Below, in pieces: positions 1-8,410 of a stretch of 32,000 bases of DNA; the stretch's first letter is position 1; every line of letters starts with the position of its first letter. The notes beneath the pieces are model-generated. The model did no database searches. It was not told the origin of the DNA and worked only from the letters and a program-made list of their open reading frames with translations. A program made the position numbers and the translations under genes. The stretch spans positions 390,001 through 422,000 of the forward strand of contig NZ_CP040006.1 in assembly GCF_005696695.1 (NCBI RefSeq), read 5' to 3'. This stretch comes from Schaalia odontolytica. Lineage in GTDB: Bacteria; Actinomycetota; Actinomycetes; Actinomycetales; Actinomycetaceae.

Positions 1-1540
1 TCTTGTCGTCCTTGCCGGCGCCAGCACCCGCACCCGCGCCGGCCCCCATGAAGCCGCCGGAGCCTGCGCCGCCCTTGCCAGCAGCGCCGGCCGCGCCGGA
101 TGCGCCGCCGCCGTTCGCGCCCGTGGTGCCCGTGACGCCCGAGGAACCGGCGGCACCGTTCGCGCCGCCGGCGCCGGCCGCGCCCGCAGAGCCGGCGGGA
201 GGAGTGTAGGAGCCGAAGCCGGAACCCGAGTAGGAGCCGACCTTCAGGCCGGCCGCGCTCGCGCCACCCAGACCGCTGGTCGAGCCGGTCACGCCGCGCA
301 TGCCCGCGGCGCCCATGCGACCGGCGCCGGACATACCACCGGCCGAACCGGAACCGCCGAGGCCGTTCGCACCCGCACCGGATCCGCCGAAGCGGCCGAG
401 GGCGCTGGAACCGGCGCCGGCGCCACCGAAGCGACCGAAGACGCTGGAGCCGCCGAGGGAACCGGTTCCGCCGAAGCTGCCCGAACCCATGCGGGCCGCG
501 CCGCGCAGGCCGAGCGCGCCTGCACCGAGGACACCCGCGCCGCCGAGGCGACCGGCCGTGGCGGAGTCGGAAGCTGCGCCTCCGTTCAGGCGCCACAGCG
601 GGTGATGTGCGTCGGCCGGGGGTGCGGGGGTATGACCGCCGACGACGCCGTTACGGTACGCCGTGCCGTTTGCGGGGGTGTGGAGGAGGTCTGTGCCCAT
701 GAGCTCCTGAGGATCAGTGATCGGGTTCGTCCGCGACCCAAGCTCGCCATAGGCGGGTTCCTGAGTGGGAATAGCGCCGGAAGCGACCGTGCGATTCTGG
801 GCAGCGGCGGCGTCCGCCTCGCTCCACCACGGCTGGGCAAAACCACCCGGATAGTTCGCTGAGCTGGGACTTCTGTCGGCGGCGCGTCCAAAGCTATCGT
901 CCAGACTTGGGGCCGACGTCGCTTGCTTGCCTGCGATAACGCCGACATCGATCGGGTCATTTGCGTGGCCTTGCACTTTATCTCGCAGTGCAGCCTGCTG
1001 CCTCATGAGCGCCGCGATGTTGCTCGTCCGCTGGTTCACCATCGAGAGGACGCGCTGCGCGGCAGCCTCGCGCTGGGCGTTCGCCTGTGCCTCGACCGCG
1101 TCCACGTAGGCGGCGCCGGTCGTGAAGCGTTTGCCCAGCACAGAAACGCCGCCTCCGGGTGAGGAGCTAGGAACCATAACGACGGGGTTGTCACGCATGG
1201 CCTCCGTGGCAGAGTCCAGAAGGGTCGGAGAGATCATCTCAGCTTCCTTCAGCGCTGTTGCCATCGTGGATCGACCGGCCTCGTAGCTCGTGTGTCCTGC
1301 CTCGTAGATCGACCGGACCATATTGATGCGGTGAAGCGATTCAGCTACCCACTGGGTCATCGCATCGGCGGTAGCGCCCTGAAAGCCCTGACTGTCGCTG
1401 TAACGCGTTAGTCGCTCGGTCGCTTCCTTGAAGCCTTTCAGCGTCTTCTTGTGGTCGGTATCCCATGCGTCCAGGTCGCGGTTGGTTCGGGCAGCCTCCA
1501 TGAAGACCTTGAGGCGCTCGTACATCGGTGACGAAACCAT
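1..1540 (-). CDS. Putative T7SS substrate, 5' part only: helical WXG100-like N-terminal domain plus Gly/Ala/Ser-rich low-complexity region. The C-terminus lies beyond the left edge of the window.
   Basis: This ORF is missing from the ORF track because it has no stop inside the window. I translated the minus strand by hand from the ATG at 1540-1538 (MVSSPMYERLKVFMEAARTNRDLDAWDTDHKKTLKGFKEATERLTRYSDSQGFQGATADAMTQWVAESLHRINMV...). There is no in-frame stop down to nt 2, giving 513 codons. From about nt 600 downward the protein becomes Gly/Ala/Ser-rich (GGAGAGSSALGRFGGSGAGANGLGGSGSAGG...). The Pro/Ala-rich plus-strand ORFs 3..209 and 300..605 are its antisense shadows. It lies in the same operon direction as eccC. 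Confidence 0.6.
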   Translation of the reverse strand, partial: MVSSPMYERLKVFMEAARTNRDLDAWDTDHKKTLKGFKEATERLTRYSDSQGFQGATADAMTQWVAESLHRINMVRSIYEAGHTSYEAGRSTMATALKEAEMISPTLLDSATEAMRDNPVVMVPSSSPGGGVSVLGKRFTTGAAYVDAVEAQANAQREAAAQRVLSMVNQRTSNIAALMRQQAALRDKVQGHANDPIDVGVIAGKQATSAPSLDDSFGRAADRSPSSANYPGGFAQPWWSEADAAAAQNRTVASGAIPTQEPAYGELGSRTNPITDPQELMGTDLLHTPANGTAYRNGVVGGHTPAPPADAHHPLWRLNGGAASDSATAGRLGGAGVLGAGALGLRGAARMGSGSFGGTGSLGGSSVFGRFGGAGAGSSALGRFGGSGAGANGLGGSGSAGGMSGAGRMGAAGMRGVTGSTSGLGGASAAGLKVGSYSGSGFGSYTPPAGSAGAAGAGGANGAAGSSGVTGTTGANGGGASGAAGAAGKGGAGSGGFMGAGAGAGAGAGKDDK

Positions 1541-1567
1541 GATTAATTTCCCTTTTCTTATGAAGGC

Positions 1568-2125
1568 CTAGTATTCGCTTGGAGCCGAAGTGGCGGTTGA
1601 ACCACTCGTGGATCCGGATGACGATCCACCGCTCGACGCGTGAGGAAGTCCGCCGTTCATGAGTAGTGATCCGCCTAGGGAACTTGCCACGGCACCAGCC
1701 GTGCTCGAGGCGGTGGACACGCCGAAAACCTTTGAGAACTTACCGATCGATGCCTTCAAAGCCACGGCAGCGTCGGACTTGGCGACACGGTCGAGAGCCT
1801 GATTAATTTTCTCAATCCGCGCCTTGTTTTCGTGCTCCGTTCCCGTGAAGCTCGACAGTGCCGCATTGATCTCGGCCTCGAACGTGCTGATCAGGGCCGC
1901 TTCGTTTTTCAGGAGCTCAGATACTGCGTTAAACATTTCGGTAGAGCTGTCCTGCACGGAACGTGGACCCGTCTCATGCCCCCAAAACATGCTCTTCTGA
2001 GCGGCCCCTAATGCAGAAGCCCCCTGAGCGGACTCCGTCATGGCATCAAAGCCCTTTACAACCTCAGTGGCTGCCGCTTCCTGCTTTGCGCTGTCAACAG
2101 AAACCGACTGGTACTGTCCGGCCAT
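1568..2125 (-). CDS. Small helical protein with a Ser/Gly-rich C-terminal tail; possible T7SS co-substrate or partner of the downstream large protein
   Basis: Track ORF 1568..2167. I trimmed the start to the ATG at 2125 (MAGQYQSVSVDSAKQE...), which is preceded by AGGAG (minus-strand context ttAGGAGcaaaaATG). The body looks helical and the tail is SSGGSSSGSTSGSTATSAPSEY. I did not recognise a domain. Confidence 0.55.
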   Translation of the reverse strand: MAGQYQSVSVDSAKQEAAATEVVKGFDAMTESAQGASALGAAQKSMFWGHETGPRSVQDSSTEMFNAVSELLKNEAALISTFEAEINAALSSFTGTEHENKARIEKINQALDRVAKSDAAVALKASIGKFSKVFGVSTASSTAGAVASSLGGSLLMNGGLPHASSGGSSSGSTSGSTATSAPSEY

Positions 2126-2180
2126 TTTTGCTCCTAATTGTCGATGGAAGATAAAAGAGCGCTGCAATGCGCCCGGTTGC

Positions 2181-2723
2181 TTACTTGGCGACCTTGAAGC
2201 GGCGGACCAGCGGCTTATCAGGCTGGTCGGAGCCCTCGATCTTCAGGGTCCACACGTAGGTCAGGTCAGAGCCCGAGCCCTCCACGTCCACGGTCCAGGA
2301 CGAGTAGTACTCGCAGTTCTGCTCCACGCACAGGTCGTAGGTGTCATTGCCCAGTCGCCAGAAGTCGGTGGCCGACATCATCTGGTACATCGTGTCGTTC
2401 TTGTTAACCACGGTCTGGCCCTTGGGATCAAGCTTGAACTGCTGGGAAGCAATCATGCTGGGCTCCACGCCCACCAGCTGCGCGCCAACCATGTTGTTCA
2501 AGGCGACGGCCTTCTCGGCGATCTGCTTCTTCTGCGCGCCCGACGCGGACTGCATCTGCTGCACCAGCTGCTGCTTCTGCCCCTGGGGAATGTTGGGCAG
2601 CTTGCTGATATCGGTGGCCTTGGAGCCACCTCCCCCAGAGGGGGAGCAGCCCGACAGTACGACGGCAGCGAGCAGCACGGATGAGGCGACCGCACGTGCG
2701 CGACGGGACACGAGAGAGGACAT
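2181..2723 (-). CDS. Lipoprotein of unknown function, immediately downstream of eccC
   Basis: Signal peptide with a lipobox: MSSLVSRRARAVASSVLLAAVVLSGC, where LSG-C is followed by SPSGGGGS. AGGAG lies 6 nt upstream of the ATG (gtAGGAGaaaaatATG). Confidence 0.7.
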   Translation of the reverse strand: MSSLVSRRARAVASSVLLAAVVLSGCSPSGGGGSKATDISKLPNIPQGQKQQLVQQMQSASGAQKKQIAEKAVALNNMVGAQLVGVEPSMIASQQFKLDPKGQTVVNKNDTMYQMMSATDFWRLGNDTYDLCVEQNCEYYSSWTVDVEGSGSDLTYVWTLKIEGSDQPDKPLVRRFKVAK

Positions 2724-2788
2724 ATTTTTCTCCTACTTTCAGACTGGTCAATCATATGCGACGAACGGGTCGCCGTGTCAACAAACGG

Positions 2789-5700
2789 TCAGATTGATGC
2801 AGGTGGGGTGTTCGCCAGCTGGGCAGCGACCACGCCGAGCTCTCGGTGGACGACCTGCGCGCGGCCCGGAACGGCTCGCTTGGGCTTGACACCGTTGATG
2901 ATTGCGCCCTCGCTGGGATTGCCGGACAGGAGGATGCCGGTGACCGCCAGGTCGTTCATCATCTGCAGGACCTTCTCGTAGGTCGCACGCGACGCGCCAC
3001 CCATACGGCGGGTGATGATCACGTGCAGGCCGATGTCGGCGGCCTGGGGCAGCAGGTCGATGAACTCCATGAGCGGATTGCCCGACGTCGTCGCGACCAA
3101 GTCGTAGTCGTCGACCAGGATCCACACCTCGGGGCCCGACCACCAGCTGCGGTCGCGGATCTGCTCGGGAGTCACGTCCGAACCCGGCAGGCGCGTGCGC
3201 AGGAATGCTGCGAGCTCGCGCATCTGCTTCATGGCCTCGGAGTGGTTCGTCAGGTACCCCAGCTGGTAGTCCTTCGGAATCGCGCCCATGAGCGTGCGGC
3301 GCATGTCGATCGACATGATCTTTGCCTCGCCCGGCGTGTACAGGCGCGTGACCTCGGAAATGATCGAGCGCAGGAACGTCGTCTTGCCCGTCTTGCCGTC
3401 GCCGAACAGGTACAGGTGCGACTCCGCGCGGGTGTTGAACAGGAGCGGTCCGAGGCGGGACTCCTCCACGCCCAGGATCATGTCGCCACCGCCGCGCGGC
3501 AGGACCAGCGGCTCGGGGATCTGCGCGAGGATCTCGGGAACCGTGACGTTCTCGGGCAGCAGGCGCAGCTTCGGGCCCTCACCGTGGACCAGGGACTCGC
3601 GGATCTTCGCCACCGTGCGGGCAACACCCTGCGACACTGTCGATGGATCCGGATCGTCGTCGGCGCGCGGCAGGCCGATCATCATTTCGTGGCCCACCAT
3701 GTCGATGCCTCGACCCGGGCGGCCCTTCGGAATACGGGCGGCGCCCTCGCGGTTAACGATCGACTCCTTCGGATTCGCCGTGTGCAGCTCCAGGCGCGAA
3801 CCGAAGATGTCCTGCGCCTCCGAACGGATGTCCATCCAACGGGCGGCCGACACGATGAGGTGAACGCCCAGCGACAGGCCTCGGCTCATCATCGTCGTCA
3901 CCGTGCGGTCCAGGCCATCGAACTCGCTGCGCAGCGCGCCCCAGCCGTCGATCACCAGGAACACGTCGCCGTAGCCGTCGTCGTACGTGCCCTCCAGGCG
4001 GCCGCGACGGTAGGTGTCCATCGAGTCGATGCCATGCGCGCGGAAGTAACGCTCGCGGTCATCCATGATCGCCGCGATCTCGGCGATCATACGCGTGCGC
4101 ACCTCCTCGGTGTCGCGCGTCGCGATGCCCGCCACGTGCGGGGCGCCTGCAAAGCCGGCGAACGTACCGCCGCCGAAGTCCATGACGTAGAACTGGACTT
4201 CCTGCGGCGTGTAGGTCAGCGACAGGGCCTGCACGATCGTACGCAGTGCCGTCGACTTACCCGTCTGCGGGCCGCCGACCAGCGCGAAGTTACCGCCCGC
4301 GCCCGACAGGTCCAGGACGAGGGTCTCGCGACGCTGCTCGAGCGGCAGGTCGACCGTGCCCAGGGGCACGCGCAGGGGGCCGGACTCGCGCCACGCGCGC
4401 GACACGAAGCCGAGCTCCGGGTCCGGGCGCAGGTCGGGCATGAGGGTCGCGAAGGTATCCGGGATCTCCAGCGGCGGCAGCCACACCTGGTGCGCCGGGT
4501 AGCCCTTGCCCTTCATCTTCTCCACGGCGATGTCCATCTCGGACATGTCCGCCCACACCTCGTCGCCGGCCAGAACGACTTCCTGGTTCTGGTCGATCTC
4601 TTCCTCCTCGCCCAGGTCCTCGCGCGTGATGACGGGAGCGACCGTGAACGGCAGGATCTCGATCGGCGCGGTTGGAGCGCCGGCCGTCGAGGCCTCGGAA
4701 ATCGACGCGAGCGTACGCGCCGGCGGGGGAGCGGCCACGTAGGACGCGCGGAAACGAACGAGGCCGTCGCCGCCCGCCTTCAGGAAGCCCGAACCGGGCA
4801 GCGGGGGCAGCTTCGCAGCGTCGGGAATACCCAGGACCTCGCGAGAGTCGTTCTCCGTGAAGGTCTTCAGAGCAATGCGGTACGACAGGTGCGACTCCAG
4901 GCCGCGCGCCTTACCCAGGTCCATCTTCTGCGAGGCGAGCAGCAGGTGCACCGACAGGGATCGGCCCAGACGACCGATCATGATGAAGACCTCGCCGAAC
5001 TCCGGCTTGGCCACGAGCATTTCCGTGAACTCGTCCAGGACGATGAACAGGGCAGGCAGCGGCGGGAACTCGTGCTTGCCCGCGAGACGATCCGCCTCGT
5101 AGTCGGACACGTTCGCGTAGTTGCCCGCCTGGCGCAGCATCTCCTGGCGGCGCACCATTTCACCCTGCAGGGCGTCCTGCATACGGTCGACGAGGGAGAG
5201 CTCCGACTCCAGGTTCGAGATCATGGCCGACACGTGCGGCAGGTCCGCCATACCGGCGAAGGTAGCGCCACCCTTGAAGTCGACGAGAACCAGATTCAGC
5301 TGCTCCGGCGAGTGGGTGAGCGCCAGGGCCAGCACGAGGGTACGCAACACCTCGGACTTACCCGAACCGGTCGCGCCGATCAGCAGGCCGTGCGGACCCA
5401 TACCCTGCTGGGCGGATTCTTTAATGTCCAGGACCACGGGGCGGCCCTCGGGCGTGACAGCGAAGGGAGCGGCGAGGCGTTCGCGGCCCTCGCGGCGTCG
5501 CCACTGCTTCTCCGGGTCGAAGTCTCGGATATCGCCGATGCCGACGAGCTCCATGAGGTCCATTTGGCGGGACTCGTCCGAACGGCCCACCGGCGTCTCC
5601 GCCTCTTCCAGGTTCTGCTGGGTGGCGAAGGGCGTCATGCGGCGGGCCACGGCCTCGGCCTGCACGGCGGTGAGGCGGTCGGCGAACGCCTGCTCGGGCA

Positions 5701-6835
5701 GGGAGTCCATGGTGACCACGTCGACCACGTCCGCGCCCTTGTGATCCGGGTTGGGGTGGATGACGAGGCGCAGCGCCGTGTGCGACTTCATGGGCGTCCA
5801 CTCGCGGGCGCGGGACATGATCGTCACGCCGCGCACGCCCACCGCCGAACCGAAGGGGGAGTTGGGCGGGAACTCGGCCCCGTCCAACACGAGGAGGAGG
5901 TGGGGCCACTCGGGCATGTCGTCACCCGGGCGGTACGCGCCGCGCATCGCGATGTCGGGGCCGATCATCTCGGCGAGCTCGCGCGGGTCCGTCGAGATCA
6001 TGCGGCCCGGCCCCACCGCGTCGCGCACGATGGAGGAGCGGGCCTGCGGCATCCACTTGACCCATTCCCAGTCGCCCAGTCGATCGGCCGAACACAGGAC
6101 CGCGATCTTGAGCTTGGAGGGGTCGATGAAGCACGCCAGGTGCATCATGATGGCGCGCATTTCGTCGTAGGCGGTCTCGCCGTCGCCGACGACCTCGATG
6201 TGGCTGAAGTCACCCAGGTAGAGGAACTTGCCGACGTTGTCCGTGTGGTCATGGACGCCGATGAAGCGGTCCATGGCGGACAGACACACGACGTCCATCT
6301 CCGTCATCGGGTCGATCGGGGGACGCTCGAAAATGAGGCCGAGGGGCTGGGTGCCCGAGCCGTAACGGAACGTCAGCAGGTCGTACGTGTTGCCCTCGCG
6401 CGACCACAGGCGCGAACCATTCGCCGCCAGCGTCACGAGAGCGTCGGGGGAGGGGTAGACCCAGTTGTAGTAGGCGCGCTGCTTCTTCGCGACCTTGCGC
6501 ACGGACTCGCGCGTCTCCGCCAGGTAGGAGAGGTATTCGCGGCGCTGCGTCTTGACCCGCGTGCGGTACTGGGAGAACTGACGGTAGATGTTGAAGCCGA
6601 CCATGCCCAGCATGGCGACCAGCATGCCGCCGCCCATCATCAAGGAGCGCGTGTTGCCGTCGTTCTGCAAAGCCATGAAGACCATGACGCCCGTCGAACC
6701 GAGCATTGGGACGACCATCATCAGGACGTTACCGATCGATGCGGGCTCGGCCTTCTCCGGCGGCATCTGGATTGCCAGGGTGCCGGAGGGCTGCTCCGGA
6801 ACCGCGACAGTCCGCCGTTTCTTGCGTGTAACCAT
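2789..6835 (-). CDS. eccC: Type VII secretion FtsK/SpoIIIE-family ATPase EccC
   Basis: The track ORF is 1363 aa. There are two N-terminal TM segments (IGNVLMMVVPMLGSTGVMVFMAL and LMMGGGMLVAMLGMVGFNI). Three P-loop domains carry Walker A motifs GATGSGKSE, GGPQTGKST and GDGKTGKTT. I prefer the start at the ATG at 6835 (MVTRKKRRTVAV) because GAGGAG lies 5 nt upstream. Confidence 0.95.
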   Translation of the reverse strand: MVTRKKRRTVAVPEQPSGTLAIQMPPEKAEPASIGNVLMMVVPMLGSTGVMVFMALQNDGNTRSLMMGGGMLVAMLGMVGFNIYRQFSQYRTRVKTQRREYLSYLAETRESVRKVAKKQRAYYNWVYPSPDALVTLAANGSRLWSREGNTYDLLTFRYGSGTQPLGLIFERPPIDPMTEMDVVCLSAMDRFIGVHDHTDNVGKFLYLGDFSHIEVVGDGETAYDEMRAIMMHLACFIDPSKLKIAVLCSADRLGDWEWVKWMPQARSSIVRDAVGPGRMISTDPRELAEMIGPDIAMRGAYRPGDDMPEWPHLLLVLDGAEFPPNSPFGSAVGVRGVTIMSRAREWTPMKSHTALRLVIHPNPDHKGADVVDVVTMDSLPEQAFADRLTAVQAEAVARRMTPFATQQNLEEAETPVGRSDESRQMDLMELVGIGDIRDFDPEKQWRRREGRERLAAPFAVTPEGRPVVLDIKESAQQGMGPHGLLIGATGSGKSEVLRTLVLALALTHSPEQLNLVLVDFKGGATFAGMADLPHVSAMISNLESELSLVDRMQDALQGEMVRRQEMLRQAGNYANVSDYEADRLAGKHEFPPLPALFIVLDEFTEMLVAKPEFGEVFIMIGRLGRSLSVHLLLASQKMDLGKARGLESHLSYRIALKTFTENDSREVLGIPDAAKLPPLPGSGFLKAGGDGLVRFRASYVAAPPPARTLASISEASTAGAPTAPIEILPFTVAPVITREDLGEEEEIDQNQEVVLAGDEVWADMSEMDIAVEKMKGKGYPAHQVWLPPLEIPDTFATLMPDLRPDPELGFVSRAWRESGPLRVPLGTVDLPLEQRRETLVLDLSGAGGNFALVGGPQTGKSTALRTIVQALSLTYTPQEVQFYVMDFGGGTFAGFAGAPHVAGIATRDTEEVRTRMIAEIAAIMDDRERYFRAHGIDSMDTYRRGRLEGTYDDGYGDVFLVIDGWGALRSEFDGLDRTVTTMMSRGLSLGVHLIVSAARWMDIRSEAQDIFGSRLELHTANPKESIVNREGAARIPKGRPGRGIDMVGHEMMIGLPRADDDPDPSTVSQGVARTVAKIRESLVHGEGPKLRLLPENVTVPEILAQIPEPLVLPRGGGDMILGVEESRLGPLLFNTRAESHLYLFGDGKTGKTTFLRSIISEVTRLYTPGEAKIMSIDMRRTLMGAIPKDYQLGYLTNHSEAMKQMRELAAFLRTRLPGSDVTPEQIRDRSWWSGPEVWILVDDYDLVATTSGNPLMEFIDLLPQAADIGLHVIITRRMGGASRATYEKVLQMMNDLAVTGILLSGNPSEGAIINGVKPKRAVPGRAQVVHRELGVVAAQLANTPPASI

Positions 6836-6973
6836 CAGGTCTCCTCGCGCTGCGCGCGTACGTGTTCGATGCGACTGCACCCAGTGTAGCTGAGTGGACT
6901 TCCAAGTTTTAACCGACGGTTAGCCTCAGTGCATTACACTGGGCACTGTTGTTTCCCGACGATCGGAGGTTTC
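6836..6973. promoter_or_regulatory. Divergent intergenic region between eccC and the eccD-like gene, with candidate -10 elements and a 9-bp inverted repeat
   Basis: CCCAGTGTA (6880-6888) and TACACTGGG (6935-6943) form a 9-bp inverted repeat. This places TACACT (a TAnnnT -10-like hexamer) upstream of each divergent gene on its own strand. TGAGTGGACT at 6891-6900 recurs in the esx/eccD intergenic region. Confidence 0.3.
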
Positions 6974-8410
6974 ATGAGCGCCACCATGGTGTCCGTGACC
7001 GTTATCGACTCCGATGGTGCCTCTGATTTCGCCGCTCCTGAAGGGACCACGGTCGCCGGATTGTGCGCGATGCTGGCCATCGACTTGACCCTCCCTTCGG
7101 TCCGCGTTTCCTACGCCGATGGGCGTCCCCTCGACGGCGGCGCTGTCCTCGGGCGTGACCTGCCCGCAGGGTCGACGATCGCTGTGTCCAGTCGCGTCCT
7201 GTCCGCTCAGCAGGTCAACGAGGCCTCGGAACGTCAGGAGAACCAGTGGCTGTCCCCGGTCCTGGCCCTCCTCGGCTACTGCTTCATCGTGATCGGCGCG
7301 GTCAGCTCCCTGTGCCTCTTGCCGATGGTCGGCGATGCGGTCCTCATTGGGTTCGCTCACCCCGAGGACGGCCCGAAGTGGGCCGTCGAAGTCGTGAAGA
7401 TCCCGATGTGGGCGCGGGGCGCGTGTGCCGCAGTGTGCTGCGCTGCTTCGATCCTCCCGCTTTTTGTGTCGCGCACGGTCCGTTCGAGGCCTGCCCTGTT
7501 GCTCCTGATGCCCGCGTTGGCCGGATATAGCGCGATCGGCTTCGTGTCGATGGCCGGCATCCACGCCCTGTCGGTCGCCCCCGTGATCGGAGTGTGGGTT
7601 GCCCTCGCGGTTTCGCTGGCAGTCGTGTCACTGACGACGACCCCCACCGCGTTCAGCGCGTTCTTCGCGTGGATTGGTGCCACGGCGCTCGTCACGATCG
7701 GCGCGTACCCGTTGTTGAGCCTCATCGACATCGCTCCGCTGGCTCTCCTCCTCGGGGTGTTCCTGTTCCTGATGGCGCCTCGTTTTGCGTTGCGCGTGCC
7801 CGACAGTCAGCTCATTGACTCCGCGTCGGTGCAGACGATCGCGTCGCGTATCCGTCAGCCTCCCGCGCAAAAGCCCAGCACGGTGACCGGCGGCCGGATG
7901 GCGGATGCCCTCGGGCACACGGATGCTCGGTACACGCTGCTGGTTGCCTCCTCGACGCTGTTTGTGCTGGTAGGCGGCATACCCCTGGCGTACACGGTGA
8001 CTCCCGCGATCACGCTGGGCCGAGGCCTCGGCGGCTTCATCTTCGTCATCATGTCCATCCTGATTCTGTTGACGGCCCCGCGAGGGGTACGCACGCGCGC
8101 CGGGCAGGTCCTGCCTCGCATCGCTGCGGCGGGTGTCGGCTGTGCGTTCCTGTTTGGTACCTGGTCACAGTCCTTGGTGGTGGGGAAAGGAAAAAACACG
8201 CACTCGTTGTTCCCCCTGCTCCCGCTGGCGATTCTGCTCATCATCGCGATCGCGATGGTCCTGTGGATGACGCTGTATGTTCCCAAAGGACACGCCGCCC
8301 TCGCGGGCACGATCCTCGACTTCGTGCAGACCTTCTGCATCTTTACACTTCTCCCCGCGGCGGTCATCTCCTCGGGTCTCTTCGAGTTTGCTTGGAGGGC
8401 AGTCCTGTAA
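6974..8410 (+). CDS. EccD-like polytopic membrane protein (second paralogue): N-terminal ubiquitin/YukD-like soluble domain plus about 11 TM helices
   Basis: Track ORF 6929..8410. I prefer the start at the ATG at 6974 (MSATMVSVTVIDSDGASDFAAPEGTTVAGL...), which has GGAGG 4 nt upstream. The N-terminal ~90 aa look like a beta-grasp domain (VSVTVI...VRVSYADGRPLDGGAVLGRDLPAGSTIAVS). About 11 hydrophobic segments follow. This is the EccD architecture, but it is called from topology only. Confidence 0.7.
   Translation: MSATMVSVTVIDSDGASDFAAPEGTTVAGLCAMLAIDLTLPSVRVSYADGRPLDGGAVLGRDLPAGSTIAVSSRVLSAQQVNEASERQENQWLSPVLALLGYCFIVIGAVSSLCLLPMVGDAVLIGFAHPEDGPKWAVEVVKIPMWARGACAAVCCAASILPLFVSRTVRSRPALLLLMPALAGYSAIGFVSMAGIHALSVAPVIGVWVALAVSLAVVSLTTTPTAFSAFFAWIGATALVTIGAYPLLSLIDIAPLALLLGVFLFLMAPRFALRVPDSQLIDSASVQTIASRIRQPPAQKPSTVTGGRMADALGHTDARYTLLVASSTLFVLVGGIPLAYTVTPAITLGRGLGGFIFVIMSILILLTAPRGVRTRAGQVLPRIAAAGVGCAFLFGTWSQSLVVGKGKNTHSLFPLLPLAILLIIAIAMVLWMTLYVPKGHAALAGTILDFVQTFCIFTLLPAAVISSGLFEFAWRAVL

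Noticed and set aside
3-605. Pro/Ala-rich plus-strand ORFs (3..209 and 300..605) that look like proline-rich proteins
   Set aside because: They are the antisense reading of the GGN/GCN-rich minus-strand ORF, which is continuous from 1540 to the window edge and has a plausible N-terminal domain.
2846-6889. 1347-aa plus-strand ORF antisense to eccC
   Set aside because: Its composition is Arg/Ala/Gly/His-rich with no recognisable motifs. It exactly mirrors the eccC frame, which carries three Walker A domains. This is a typical antisense shadow ORF in high-GC DNA.
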